From positions 232,228-296,227 of IMG/VR virus record IMGVR_UViG_3300009709_000002: a DNA stretch of 64,000 nucleotides; one strand, given 5' to 3'. This document shows positions 9,122 through 18,852 of the stretch, in pieces. Position 1 is the first letter of the stretch, and each line of letters begins with the position of its first letter. The translations under genes and the position numbers were made by a program. A model generated the notes under the pieces. That model was not told the origin of the DNA, did not search any database, and saw only the letters and a program-made list of their open reading frames with translations. The stretch is from a virus (lineage: Duplodnaviria; Heunggongvirae; Uroviricota; Caudoviricetes).

Positions 9122-9511
9122 ATGCACAACTTTTTGACACATAACGTCAATGAAATTAGCTTCATCATTTGTGGACTAATCGGCGGTATCGCCCACTGGT
9201 TGAAGAAGAGCCTTAGAGGCGAGACCCAAGCAAAGATTTGGGAATGGTTCGGACCAGCAAATGCCGAGCTTACGATTTACACTCTTATTGTCTTCGTCTT
9301 CGTGATGATCGGTGCGCTTGGTTCAGGCATCATCAACAATTCGATGACTATCTGGTCGGTTTTTTACACTGGCTTCATTACTGGTTTTGCCGTGGATTCT
9401 GGCGTGAATGCTAACGCTATGGACCTAACGACGGATATTAGTACGGTGAAGGGGCAGACCACGGATTTGTTCAACGTAACACCAACTCCGCCAGCACCTC
9501 CAAAGGACTAA
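9122..9511 (+). CDS. Putative holin
   Basis: About three hydrophobic segments, directly upstream of the spanin pair; late box at 9088-9095. Confidence 0.5.
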   Translation: MHNFLTHNVNEISFIICGLIGGIAHWLKKSLRGETQAKIWEWFGPANAELTIYTLIVFVFVMIGALGSGIINNSMTIWSVFYTGFITGFAVDSGVNANAMDLTTDISTVKGQTTDLFNVTPTPPAPPKD

Positions 9512-9513
9512 CC

Positions 9514-9951
9514 ATGCCAGTATTTCTTACCAGCCTACTCACCAACGCTAAGTTGTGGATCGGCATTCTGATTCTAGCTGCAGTTGGAGCTGGATTCATT
9601 TACGTGAAGCACGTACAAGATGAGCTTGCTCTTTCTCAGGCAAACCTGAAGACTGAACAGGCAAATGAAGTAACGTTGAAGGGTACGATCTCACAGCTTA
9701 CTGCAGCTCAAGCCCAAGATCAATTAGTCATTCAACAAGTTACTTCGGACAAGCAAGCAGCTCTTGATGCAGTTTCTGCTTTGAATACTTCTCTGAATAC
9801 GTCTGCTCAGCAGATTGGTACATTGAAGTCACAGCTAAACAACATCACAGCTAAGCCAACAAACCTTACACCATTCTTGGTGCAAGCAATTCAAGGCGTG
9901 CAAGCTCAACAAGCATCACGCGCAGCTGCGCCTGTAGGAGCATCACAATGA
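9514..9951 (+). CDS. Inner-membrane spanin (Rz-like)
   Basis: N-terminal TM helix plus Gln/Ala-rich coiled coil; overlaps the lipoprotein gene. Confidence 0.75.
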   Translation: MPVFLTSLLTNAKLWIGILILAAVGAGFIYVKHVQDELALSQANLKTEQANEVTLKGTISQLTAAQAQDQLVIQQVTSDKQAALDAVSALNTSLNTSAQQIGTLKSQLNNITAKPTNLTPFLVQAIQGVQAQQASRAAAPVGASQ

Positions 9952-10277
9952 AGAAAATTCTAGCAGCACTGCTTATTGTCGGTTCATTAGCTCTGCTTGC
10001 TGGTTGTGGAACTGCCCCAACCGATCCAGTTGTTCCTCCAGCTGTCATTCACTACAAGTATATCGTGACAACTGTTCCAGCTTCAATGCTCACATTGCCA
10101 GCTCCAGTGCCTCCGCTTAACACTCAGACGGCTACTGACAAGGATGCAAGCATTTGGATTTTGGACAACGAGCAGCGCACTGAAGCACTCGAAGATCAGC
10201 TAAAAGCGATCCAGACTTACCTCAGTAATAAGATCAAAAACCTGAATCTGCCACCAGCTGATGTAACAATCGATTAA
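9948..10277 (+). CDS. Outer-membrane spanin lipoprotein (Rz1-like)
   Basis: Lipobox LLAG-C, Pro-rich linker, ATGA overlap with the i-spanin. Confidence 0.8.
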   Translation: MKKILAALLIVGSLALLAGCGTAPTDPVVPPAVIHYKYIVTTVPASMLTLPAPVPPLNTQTATDKDASIWILDNEQRTEALEDQLKAIQTYLSNKIKNLNLPPADVTID

Positions 10278-10280
10278 AAG

Positions 10281-10346
10281 AAAGGCTCTAGTATCAAAAC
10301 TAGAGCCTTTATTCTTTAGTAACAGGGACTATCAACTAGTCCCTTT
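10281..10346. terminator. Two hairpin terminators between convergent operons
   Basis: aaaggctctagt...actagagccttt and agggacta...tagtccct. Confidence 0.7.
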
Positions 10347-10349
10347 GTC

Positions 10350-10985
10350 TTAAATCACGTGGTTAAACCATGAACGATAATCACCTGGGAAATCTGCAGG
10401 ATTGTAGATCCAGATGCCTTCAGCTGCCACATGGAAGCGAACACACTGTAGTTCGCCTACCAAAATTGGAGCTGTTAGGGAGATGAATCGTTCACAAGCT
10501 GGATAAACTACGAGCGTGCCCTTCTGTGGTTGGAAGCCAAACTGATAGACCGGGAATTCTAGCTTACCACCTAGAACCTCACGTTCAATGTTGAACGGTG
10601 GTTTGTCTTGAAAGTTCTTCAACCACAAGATCCCAGTGAGATCTCTGTCTCTTACCTTTACCCACTTCTTACGTTTGAACACTGCATTTTCACAGTGAGG
10701 TGCTTCTGCTGGCTTGTTCGTCACTGGGAATTGCTGGAACACTAGGTGTTCGGTCCCCTTGTACTTCACGCCAAAATAACTTTCAAGCTGAGGAACGATC
10801 GTCTTAAACTTCTCAAACAGCTCTTTTTCAGCTTGCTCATGGTGACGATGCATGGGTTGAGGAACGCCGTCCTGGTCAAAAGTCGGCGCTACACGAACCT
10901 CATCAGCAATTCTGTCACAGTCAGCATCGGGTAAGAAGTCCTGATAAACTAAAAACGGGGACTTTGATGGTTTCACTGTACTCAT
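10350..10985 (-). CDS. 2OG-Fe(II) oxygenase-like protein, possibly degenerate
   Basis: PHCE...RDLTGILWL...GGKLEFP...PQKGTLVVYP, the P4H-like DSBH pattern. Confidence 0.65.
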   Translation of the reverse strand: MSTVKPSKSPFLVYQDFLPDADCDRIADEVRVAPTFDQDGVPQPMHRHHEQAEKELFEKFKTIVPQLESYFGVKYKGTEHLVFQQFPVTNKPAEAPHCENAVFKRKKWVKVRDRDLTGILWLKNFQDKPPFNIEREVLGGKLEFPVYQFGFQPQKGTLVVYPACERFISLTAPILVGELQCVRFHVAAEGIWIYNPADFPGDYRSWFNHVI

Positions 10986-11034
10986 TGGGTTAAGCTCTTT
11001 GATGGTTATGTTTCTAGATGAAGATATTTATTGC

Positions 11035-12543
11035 TTATTCTTCTTCACTAGTTTTGGCAACTGGCGGAGTAGAGGCAGCAACTAGTACTGGGAGACCAAT
11101 CTCGCCAAGCAGATTTCGTCCCATCAGCACATCATACTTCATGTTAGTTCTATCATTCAGCGTGAACTCAATGCCATTGTAACGTTGACCACGAACTGTG
11201 ACGTCAAGCTTAACGATAGGGCGACGAGTTGTATACTTCTCACGATCCGTATCGCTGGTGTGAGCATTCTTGATCAAAATAGTGCGTGACAGTGGAACAT
11301 TGTAACGAACATCACCGTGTGTGAACTTGACCCAGTTATCATCCATTTCAATGTTTTCAGCATGGAGTGATGATAGCGTCGCGCCTGTGTCTACACGAGC
11401 TGCGAACGGCTGGTTGTCATTGATGCGGTGAAGGATAATATCTTCTACATCAGTCAGCGGATCCTTTGGAAGCTCTGCAACCACTTCTTCAGGAGCTGGA
11501 AGCTCAGGTGGTGCAACAGCAGCTGCAACCGAATCAGCTTCAGGAGCAACTGGAGTAACGTTGGTCACTTGCGTTTCTGGTCTGAGTTCCGTTTTAGCTG
11601 GAAGACATGCTTGTTCAATCATGTGTGCAGCAAAGGTAACTACGTCACTTGGAAGGCTACGATCTGGCCAATTCTTTTGCATTGCTTCAAGACCTGGCGA
11701 ACCATTCACTTCAAGAACGATAAACTCTTTCTTGCCATCTTTATCGAGAATGATGTAATCGATAGCGCAGAATTTGCAACCAAACAACTCGACGATGCGA
11801 GCGCCTAGAGCAAGCTCAGCTTCAGATGGTTCATACTTGACGGTTTCAGAACCGAGGTGTGAGTTCGTGCGGAATTCATCCTTGCCCTTTGGTTGACCAC
11901 GAAGGTTTGCTGCGAGCATCTTATCGCCGATCATGATGATACGAGCGGATTGTTCATGCTCAATGAATTCTTGCAGCATGAAGTGCATCTCTTCCTTAAG
12001 CAGCGTTTGAGCAACTGATGTAAGTGAAGACTTGCTATCGACCTTCATAACACCAATGCCGTGCGTACCACGAAGAGTCTTGATGATCATAGGGAACTTG
12101 AGCTTACCATCTTTTTCAGCTTGTTCCAGCACAACATCGAGATATTCTCCATCGGTCATCATCAAACTGTAAGGTGTCTTGATGTTAGCGCTATTGAGAA
12201 CTACTTGTGAACGAAGCTTATCATTACATAGCATCATTGAGTCTGGAGAGTTCAGCATCTGAACGCCGCAATCTTGCAGACGGTGAAGCATGCCGATCTT
12301 GTACTCGAGACAGTATTCATTCAAACGTGGAATGCAGACGTCACCAATGATCTCGGAGACCTTCATGTCTTTATCAACCTGAAGAGCCTTGGTAATACGT
12401 TCACCCTTGTCATTGAAGCCCTCAACCAAAAACGTCTTGTCAACGTTGATAATCTCGGCTTGGTTGCCTTGGGCTTCTGCTTGCTTCTTGAGCTCGACCG
12501 GTACGAAGTTTTCCGGTTCTGCTGTGATGATGAGTAGTTTCAC
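11035..12543 (-). CDS. rimK: RimK-family ATP-grasp ligase fused to a RimK-associated (RimB-like) aspartic protease
   Basis: NDK...PMIIK..GTHGIGV...QEFI...RTNSHLG...AID...EVNGSPG; after a Pro/Ala linker, ARVDTGATLSSLH...FTLNDR...VLMGRNLL. Confidence 0.85.
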   Translation of the reverse strand: MKLLIITAEPENFVPVELKKQAEAQGNQAEIINVDKTFLVEGFNDKGERITKALQVDKDMKVSEIIGDVCIPRLNEYCLEYKIGMLHRLQDCGVQMLNSPDSMMLCNDKLRSQVVLNSANIKTPYSLMMTDGEYLDVVLEQAEKDGKLKFPMIIKTLRGTHGIGVMKVDSKSSLTSVAQTLLKEEMHFMLQEFIEHEQSARIIMIGDKMLAANLRGQPKGKDEFRTNSHLGSETVKYEPSEAELALGARIVELFGCKFCAIDYIILDKDGKKEFIVLEVNGSPGLEAMQKNWPDRSLPSDVVTFAAHMIEQACLPAKTELRPETQVTNVTPVAPEADSVAAAVAPPELPAPEEVVAELPKDPLTDVEDIILHRINDNQPFAARVDTGATLSSLHAENIEMDDNWVKFTHGDVRYNVPLSRTILIKNAHTSDTDREKYTTRRPIVKLDVTVRGQRYNGIEFTLNDRTNMKYDVLMGRNLLGEIGLPVLVAASTPPVAKTSEEE

Positions 12544-13391
12544 TTAATGTCGCCTCTTTCGTAGAGCTCAATGTATTTTTCTTGTTTGATTGCCAGGCAT
12601 GTTCCAGAGACCCAAATCTCTGATGAACCACCAGGCGCAAACGATGTTGATGTAGTAAGCGTAAAGTCGTTACTATCTGGATCTAGCTTTCTGAGCAGGT
12701 AACCTTCAACAGTGCCATGGTAGTTATTTAGCAAGTCATTAAGAGCGTGCTTTGATTCATCATCAATCTCTGTTTTCTTCAGCTCAGATTGAAGCCTAAG
12801 CTTGTCAGAGCCGATTGCCTTATCGATTTTTCCGATGAGATTAAAGAAGCCGTCGATTGAGTCTGTGAATTCACCACGAACTTCAGCCTTAACTGCATTC
12901 AGCGCTTCAACAATACGTTCTGCCCACTCACGTAAGCTCTTATTTGACAAATCATCTAAGCGCATCGAGTTGGCAGCTTTCTTGAAGCTTTCATCAAATT
13001 CACTATGCGGCGCTACACCGATCTTTACGTTGTCGAATGGAAGGATAACGAAGACGCTACCTTCATTCATCTTTTCAGCCTCATGGTGAGCGTGCTTAAA
13101 GTTCGTTGTAGCCTTGATGCTGTATTCACGATCTGGGAATGATACCCAGCTCTTGGCTTTAGCGACCAGGTGATCAAGCCATGTTTCAGCCTTATCACGC
13201 TTTACATCTGGGTGAAGGAGTAGAAAGTCACTATCCCAATTCTCACCAATGAAAATTGGGTGCTTCTTAGCTTGCTCGTGCGAATTTTTAGCTTTCTCAC
13301 TAAGCAGCTCTTTGAATTTAAGCTCACTTACAGATTTCTTGAAGGTCTTACCTTCGGCTTTGCTAGCTTCTAGGAGGTCTCGTAATTTCAT
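12540..13391 (-). CDS. Hypothetical protein, probable virion component (MKLRDLLE leader)
   Basis: 283-aa ORF coupled in the late operon. Confidence 0.6.
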   Translation of the reverse strand: MKLRDLLEASKAEGKTFKKSVSELKFKELLSEKAKNSHEQAKKHPIFIGENWDSDFLLLHPDVKRDKAETWLDHLVAKAKSWVSFPDREYSIKATTNFKHAHHEAEKMNEGSVFVILPFDNVKIGVAPHSEFDESFKKAANSMRLDDLSNKSLREWAERIVEALNAVKAEVRGEFTDSIDGFFNLIGKIDKAIGSDKLRLQSELKKTEIDDESKHALNDLLNNYHGTVEGYLLRKLDPDSNDFTLTTSTSFAPGGSSEIWVSGTCLAIKQEKYIELYERGDIK

Positions 13392-13403
13392 GTCAGTTTT
13401 TCA

Positions 13404-14057
13404 TTAAAGCTTGTTATAGAACTCACTAGTTCTCTCAGCCAACCCGACGACAAGCGCTTCTTCTATAGTCTTCTTGAAAACAAGCGGTAGATGATTCTCT
13501 ACGCCCATAAGAATAACCAGCTTCTTGATGTCGGTTCCGAACATCTCATTGTGGGCCATCGCGTAAAATGCTGTCTGAAGCCAGTAATCGCCGATCTCAT
13601 CCTTGGACTTTACTCTTGAGGATGTCTTGTAGTCAACGATGGCGAGCTCTCCCTGATATTCAGCCACGAGGTCGCAACGACCAGCGATGCCGAACACATC
13701 AGAAAACAGAACCACTTCTTGCCCGTACACTTTATTTATTTTCTTGAGCTCTAGTCGCAGGCTGTTGAAAATCTTGACATGGTCACTCGGGAACTCAGCA
13801 AGCTTTGGATCTTCGCCTTTGAGAAAGCGTTCCAACATCAAGTGAGTATTTGTTCCACGTTGGGCAGCGTCATTGGATTTCTTCTGAGCAGCTGCATTAC
13901 CCACGCGCGCTCTCCAGGCATTGAGAACGGACGTGGTTTCGGCGTCTTGAGTATTGCCGAGGACCGTGGTGATAGACGGGTAGTACTTTTCACCACCAAG
14001 CGCGTAAAAGCGCTTGCCCTCGAGCGTTACTGTGTCATAGTCTTTGTATTCGAACAC
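13404..14057 (-). CDS. PD-(D/E)XK exonuclease
   Basis: YPSITTVL...RGTNTH...IAGRCDLV...AIVDYKTS. Confidence 0.85.
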   Translation of the reverse strand: MFEYKDYDTVTLEGKRFYALGGEKYYPSITTVLGNTQDAETTSVLNAWRARVGNAAAQKKSNDAAQRGTNTHLMLERFLKGEDPKLAEFPSDHVKIFNSLRLELKKINKVYGQEVVLFSDVFGIAGRCDLVAEYQGELAIVDYKTSSRVKSKDEIGDYWLQTAFYAMAHNEMFGTDIKKLVILMGVENHLPLVFKKTIEEALVVGLAERTSEFYNKL

Positions 14058-15689
14058 TTATGCTTCATCAGTTAGACCGAGCAACTTTTCAACATCGCTC
14101 TCTTTCATTACACCTTGAAGATTGCCGAAACCGACCTTCTTCACTAGCACGGTCTTACCACGAGGAGAGAAAATGTACTTATCCTTCTCGTTCATGTCTT
14201 TCACGGTAAGCACGGTGCGATTCTTGATAGCCTTATTTAGGGCTTCAATAGCTTCATCATTTAGCGTTGCCTTGAGAGTTCCATAAGTCAAGACCGTGTT
14301 ATCTTCATCATCTTTCGTGATTTCCCACTTTGCGCCGGCATTCGGATCATTATCTTCAACTACTACAGCTTCAGTCGTTGGAGTTGGTCCTTGCGATGAT
14401 TGCATAGACGGAGCAGACGATTGAGGATTCTGATTTTGTTGGCTCTTCGACTTGTAAACTTGATCAAGCACCGCTTGAAGATCAGTAAGCTTTTGCCCAA
14501 TCATGCCACCAGTTTTTGAGCTAAGGCTAGATTGAATTCCGGTGATGTACTGCTTGTACGGAGTGCACTTCTGAAGATTTTCAACCAGCTGTTTGTTATC
14601 TGACGGATCAATGTAGGCCATGAATGAACCAAAGAAATCAGTGAACTGCTTTGCGTTCATTGACTCTTCAAGCGGAGTAGAATTACCTTGGTGCATGTTA
14701 GTTTGCAGCACCTTGTTCAAGGCGTTCAACTTTGTCTGGATGTTCGAGTTGATAACTTGCGTCAGCTCAGACTTTGCACGTTGCATCAGCGCCTTGTACT
14801 GCTGCGAATTGAGCAGCTGTTCAGCGTAGCGTTTGTTACCAGAAGCATCAAGCCAGTTGATCAGGTTAGTGACCGTGTCCATGAACGCGTCAGCTGGCGA
14901 ATTTTCATTCAGCGGAATGAGATTTTCACCAGACTCAATGCTTTCATCTACCGACTTCTTAACGAACGTGCGCACGCTCGTGCGAAGGTGATGTGAACGA
15001 CCAAGTTCTCTAGCCTTCTTGCGAATGCCATCAAGGATCGCTGTCTTGAACGGGCTCTTATTCAGCGCGTGTTCAGGAACACCAAGCTCAAGTATGGCAT
15101 GATAGACCAGCTCTTCATTGGAGTCTTTCAGACGATCAGCGATCGAAGCGCTTGGATCATCGCTACCTTCTTCCTTCGACTTCTTTTCATTAGCTTCGAT
15201 AAGCGAGTAAGTGAAACGTTCACCAAGTGACAAACCTTCCATCTTTGGCTTCAGAGCGCTCTTACCCTTGTCTTTGCTACCACCTTCAGGATCCTTCGGG
15301 TTGTCATAGACCTGGCTGTTCATTGACTCCGAACCATCTGTGTTTGGTTTGTCGGTGTCATCGTCTTCTTCATCATCCTCATCATCATCTTCAGGCCATT
15401 CAACGTCGATGATGTCGAAATTCTTAGACATGTCATTGAGAGCAGCTTCGATGCTGTCTTCCGAACCAAGCTTCTTGCTCAGAGCTTTTTCGAAGTCATC
15501 AGCTTCATCTGCTTTTACATAGACCTTGACGATCTTTCCATCATCTGTCTCAAGGCCAAATGTGACGGATTCAACTTCATCCATCTTCATAGCCTTGTCT
15601 AGCTGATTTGCTACATCCGCTTCAGCGTTCTTGACTTCTTCACCGAGGAAGCCAAATTCGCCTGCAAGCTCCTTAAACGATTTTGACAT
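14058..15689 (-). CDS. Acidic hypothetical protein, probable head/core protein
   Basis: 543-aa ORF with a D/E tract and Q/S-rich linker; leader MSKSFKELAGE. Confidence 0.65.
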   Translation of the reverse strand: MSKSFKELAGEFGFLGEEVKNAEADVANQLDKAMKMDEVESVTFGLETDDGKIVKVYVKADEADDFEKALSKKLGSEDSIEAALNDMSKNFDIIDVEWPEDDDEDDEEDDDTDKPNTDGSESMNSQVYDNPKDPEGGSKDKGKSALKPKMEGLSLGERFTYSLIEANEKKSKEEGSDDPSASIADRLKDSNEELVYHAILELGVPEHALNKSPFKTAILDGIRKKARELGRSHHLRTSVRTFVKKSVDESIESGENLIPLNENSPADAFMDTVTNLINWLDASGNKRYAEQLLNSQQYKALMQRAKSELTQVINSNIQTKLNALNKVLQTNMHQGNSTPLEESMNAKQFTDFFGSFMAYIDPSDNKQLVENLQKCTPYKQYITGIQSSLSSKTGGMIGQKLTDLQAVLDQVYKSKSQQNQNPQSSAPSMQSSQGPTPTTEAVVVEDNDPNAGAKWEITKDDEDNTVLTYGTLKATLNDEAIEALNKAIKNRTVLTVKDMNEKDKYIFSPRGKTVLVKKVGFGNLQGVMKESDVEKLLGLTDEA

Positions 15690-16608
15690 TAGAGTAATCT
15701 CCGAGTTCTTTTGAAATTTTTGGGTCTTTGAAGCGACGAACCTTGAATTGCTTGACCTTGGTCTTCACAATCTTTCCACCTTTAGTTTTGAAGTCAGACT
15801 TCTTAGGCTTCTTGAATTTATCAATCTGGCCGAAGTCTGTTGGTTTGTCGCCTTGCGGACGAGTAATCATATTGCCAGAACCGATTCTGCCTTGGTTAGT
15901 TGCGATATTAGCGGCTGAAGTTCCGGTAGCAACTACACCTTCGCCGCCTCCGCCTCCGCCGCCATCATCTTCTTTGAGACGGTGATGATTGACCAACTTC
16001 ATAGCGACAGATCCGATGCCTTTCAGAAGAGCACTGCTGCTCAATTCTCTAAAGCGTGACAGTAGCTCCGACTTTGGATCGGCTTGCATAAGATATGTGA
16101 AAGCATCATTTACAGCTTTCTTCTTTTGGCTAGTACCGAGATCATCCCAGCGAGCGATCGCTAGCAGCAGGCGGTTGAACATCGATGACTGCATGTCATA
16201 GCGATCTTTCATAAGGTGCAGCGAGTGAATCGTCTCTTCCCAATCTACCGACTCTGGGTTCGTGAGAGGGACCATCATGATCTTGTGAATTCGGGCATCA
16301 TTAATCATACCGCTTTCATGTGTGAGTATCCTGACGGCCGCTTGAGAGATACGAGCTTGAACATCCTTTTGCTGAGGATAGAACATAGCCATGCCCCAGA
16401 AGTTGAGCTCGCTCATGTTCGGATCGAAACCTGTCAGCTTCGAGTGCTCGCGGTCATTGATCATCATCAGACCCTTCAGGTCTTGCAGCTTCAGCATGAT
16501 CAGTGAGGCTAAGTAGTTTGAGAAGAAAGCGTTCTTCACTTCACGATCTGACATGTGGTTCAGCCGAATCAAGTGGATCGATTCCTCAAGTGTTGCTAAA
16601 AAGTTCAT
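15673..16608 (-). CDS. Hypothetical protein, probable virion component
   Basis: 311-aa ORF, leader MNFLATLEE, poly-Gly linker, basic C-terminus. Confidence 0.6.
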   Translation of the reverse strand: MNFLATLEESIHLIRLNHMSDREVKNAFFSNYLASLIMLKLQDLKGLMMINDREHSKLTGFDPNMSELNFWGMAMFYPQQKDVQARISQAAVRILTHESGMINDARIHKIMMVPLTNPESVDWEETIHSLHLMKDRYDMQSSMFNRLLLAIARWDDLGTSQKKKAVNDAFTYLMQADPKSELLSRFRELSSSALLKGIGSVAMKLVNHHRLKEDDGGGGGGGEGVVATGTSAANIATNQGRIGSGNMITRPQGDKPTDFGQIDKFKKPKKSDFKTKGGKIVKTKVKQFKVRRFKDPKISKELGDYSNVKIV

Positions 16609-18119
16609 TCGTCACTTTCCTCTTCCACGTCACTGGCGTGGAGCTTGTTGAGCTCAGAGCCAAAGCACAGGCTGGCGAGCTGCTTAATGTTGTTGACGTT
16701 CTTCACCTGCTCGACCTGCTTGATAAGGTTCTTACGAGCCTCGGCGAAGGTGAGTAACGTACGACGTTTAATTTCCTTGGAGTACTTTACCTTCTTGCCG
16801 TTCTTCAAAGTCAGCGAGTAGTCTGCAGCATTTTCTTTGAATTCATCTAGCATGTCTTCGAGCTCACTGAGAGTCGAGACCATGATGGCGAGAACCTTCT
16901 TCTTGATAGCTTGGAAGTTAAGCTGTTTCAAGCTGTCTGCAAAGTTGTTAAGCGTCTGTTGCGGATCATCACCGCGGAAGTTAGCCAAGGCCTTCTTCGC
17001 TTGGTGAGGAATCTCAAGACCTTCTACACCAAACAGTCGAGCGATACGAATCTTTGCTTCACCAAGCAGACCACCACGAGCAGCCAATGAAGCCATCGGA
17101 TCGGACGTATTGATTTTACCGACGATGTTCATGCGAATGCTGTAGTTGAACTTATTGATGGCCGAGAACACATCGCGATCAACGACCTTAAATTGCTCAT
17201 ATGTTTCTGGGTCGGTGAAGATGACACCTTCAATACCCTTGTAGCCGTCACCGTTAGAGCCAGCAAGCTTTGGTTTCTGGCCGCGAACAAGCTCCATCAT
17301 CTTGTCTTTGATCGGCATGCGATACTCGTCATAGATGATCTTTTCAAGACGCTTACGTTCATCAGATAGCTTACGTGTGCGAGTCTTCAGCACATCATAG
17401 TTCGTGACCGTTTCGCCTTTGCTCGCTTCCTCATTTTCTTCTTCGAGGAATTCCTTCAGCTTTTTCAGGTCTGGCTTCAGCTTGATCTTCTTCAGTTCAT
17501 CTTCATGAACACGATCAGATGTAGTGAATTTCCAGTCAGTTGGCATCGGGCTCTTCACCAGGTTGATACCATCGAACGTGTCGGTGATTTCAGTTTCAAC
17601 CGTGATCTTCGTGTTCTTCAGAGCCTTATAGAGCTGTTCAACTTTTGATTGATCTGGCTTGATAGTTGGGTTGTCACCTGGCAGCATCTCCAAGAAGGCG
17701 ATGTAGTTGTAACCATCCTTGCCGTAGTAGACGGTGTTCGGTTGCGCGCCGAACAGAATTTCCAGATTGACAAGCTCGCCTTCTTTGATGATCTCTTTCA
17801 GTTCATTCTGAACCTTGATCAGCACCGCAGTTGCGGTCTTGAAGCCATCGAAAGCTGATGAATCTGGAAAATCATCAAGCGCGTAAAAGCGCTTGCCACC
17901 CTTCTGCTCACGAGAAGTGTAGAACTTGCCTTGATCATCAAAACCAGCACGCAAGTTCGCTCCGTCCAGCTTTTGGACAGCTGTCAACTTATCGAGATTT
18001 CCAAGAAGACGCATGAACGCTTCTAGGCTGAGATCCTCAATGTGAGCGATACCAGGTGAGCGGCCTTCCCGAAGGATTACGCGATTTTCTTTGAGGTATG
18101 TTCGAAATGTGTTAGGCAT
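16605..18119 (-). CDS. ATP-dependent ligase-fold nucleotidyltransferase (RNA-ligase-like)
   Basis: Motif I QKLDGAN, motif IV EGVIF, motif V FKVV; start reassigned to MPNTFRTYLKE downstream of the late promoter. Confidence 0.6.
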   Translation of the reverse strand: MPNTFRTYLKENRVILREGRSPGIAHIEDLSLEAFMRLLGNLDKLTAVQKLDGANLRAGFDDQGKFYTSREQKGGKRFYALDDFPDSSAFDGFKTATAVLIKVQNELKEIIKEGELVNLEILFGAQPNTVYYGKDGYNYIAFLEMLPGDNPTIKPDQSKVEQLYKALKNTKITVETEITDTFDGINLVKSPMPTDWKFTTSDRVHEDELKKIKLKPDLKKLKEFLEEENEEASKGETVTNYDVLKTRTRKLSDERKRLEKIIYDEYRMPIKDKMMELVRGQKPKLAGSNGDGYKGIEGVIFTDPETYEQFKVVDRDVFSAINKFNYSIRMNIVGKINTSDPMASLAARGGLLGEAKIRIARLFGVEGLEIPHQAKKALANFRGDDPQQTLNNFADSLKQLNFQAIKKKVLAIMVSTLSELEDMLDEFKENAADYSLTLKNGKKVKYSKEIKRRTLLTFAEARKNLIKQVEQVKNVNNIKQLASLCFGSELNKLHASDVEEESDE

Positions 18120-18145
18120 CGTTGATTTATGCAAGATTATGAGAG

Positions 18146-18153
18146 TATTTATA
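18146..18153 (-). promoter_or_regulatory. T4-late-like promoter TATAAATA
   Basis: Exact box 27 nt upstream of ATG 18119; heads the 11-18 kb operon. Confidence 0.7.
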
Positions 18154-18218
18154 GCTAAGGCGAGTGAACACTTTTGTACAAGCATTCACTCGCCTTTCAT
18201 TTTGATGCGAAACTACAC

Positions 18219-18491
18219 TTAGCTGGTGACTAATCCACCGGCAGGAGCGCCAGCCGTAAGCTGTTCAAGAGCTGCTTTTTGCTCGGTGGCGTGTTGGCGA
18301 ATTCGCGCTTCGATCTCAGCTGATACAGCGCGGATAGCTGATTCAAGCTTGAACACTTCCTTGCGAGCACCAGTCAAGTCTTGATCCCACTCTTGGTAGA
18401 TGTAGAAAATCTGCTGAATGTCAGCCGGCAGGTTTGCTACCGGGTACTGCACACCATCAACGGTGATGCGAAGATCATTCGGTTGGCTCAT
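18219..18491 (-). CDS. Small coiled-coil hypothetical protein (DUF6447-like)
   Basis: ITVDGVQYPVANLP followed by a coiled coil. Confidence 0.55.
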   Translation of the reverse strand: MSQPNDLRITVDGVQYPVANLPADIQQIFYIYQEWDQDLTGARKEVFKLESAIRAVSAEIEARIRQHATEQKAALEQLTAGAPAGGLVTS

Positions 18492-18849
18492 TTAAATCCT
18501 CTTCAGTTATATTATAGAGTTGTTTGATTTTTTCCAGGAACTTATTGCCAAATTCAGAGAAGATGGTGGCTGCATCATGCCATGGTCGAAGGATCATGGT
18601 TTTGCCAAGTTCCGGAAGTTCATTGTACGTCGGGTGATAATTTTCCGGTTGAGACAGAACCGTCAGCGCGATTCTATTGCCATCTGCCACGCCGTTCCTG
18701 TACATAAGCAGCAGGAATTCACGGGCCTCTTCCGGCATATCTTTCGTTGTTTCATTGAATCTATTTATGAATGACGCTTCAAGCATAGCTTGCATTACTT
18801 CTGGCGGCATTACATTTTCAGCAGTTACGGGGAGTGGAAGATCTTGCAT
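18475..18849 (-). CDS. Hypothetical protein
   Basis: 124-aa ORF packed after the helicase. Confidence 0.55.
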   Translation of the reverse strand: MQDLPLPVTAENVMPPEVMQAMLEASFINRFNETTKDMPEEAREFLLLMYRNGVADGNRIALTVLSQPENYHPTYNELPELGKTMILRPWHDAATIFSEFGNKFLEKIKQLYNITEEDLNEPTE

Positions 18850-18852
18850 AGT

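Noticed and set aside
15340-15965. Asp/Glu tract and poly-Gly run as functional DNA repeats
   Set aside because: They are short low-complexity protein linkers within coding sequence, with mixed codons.
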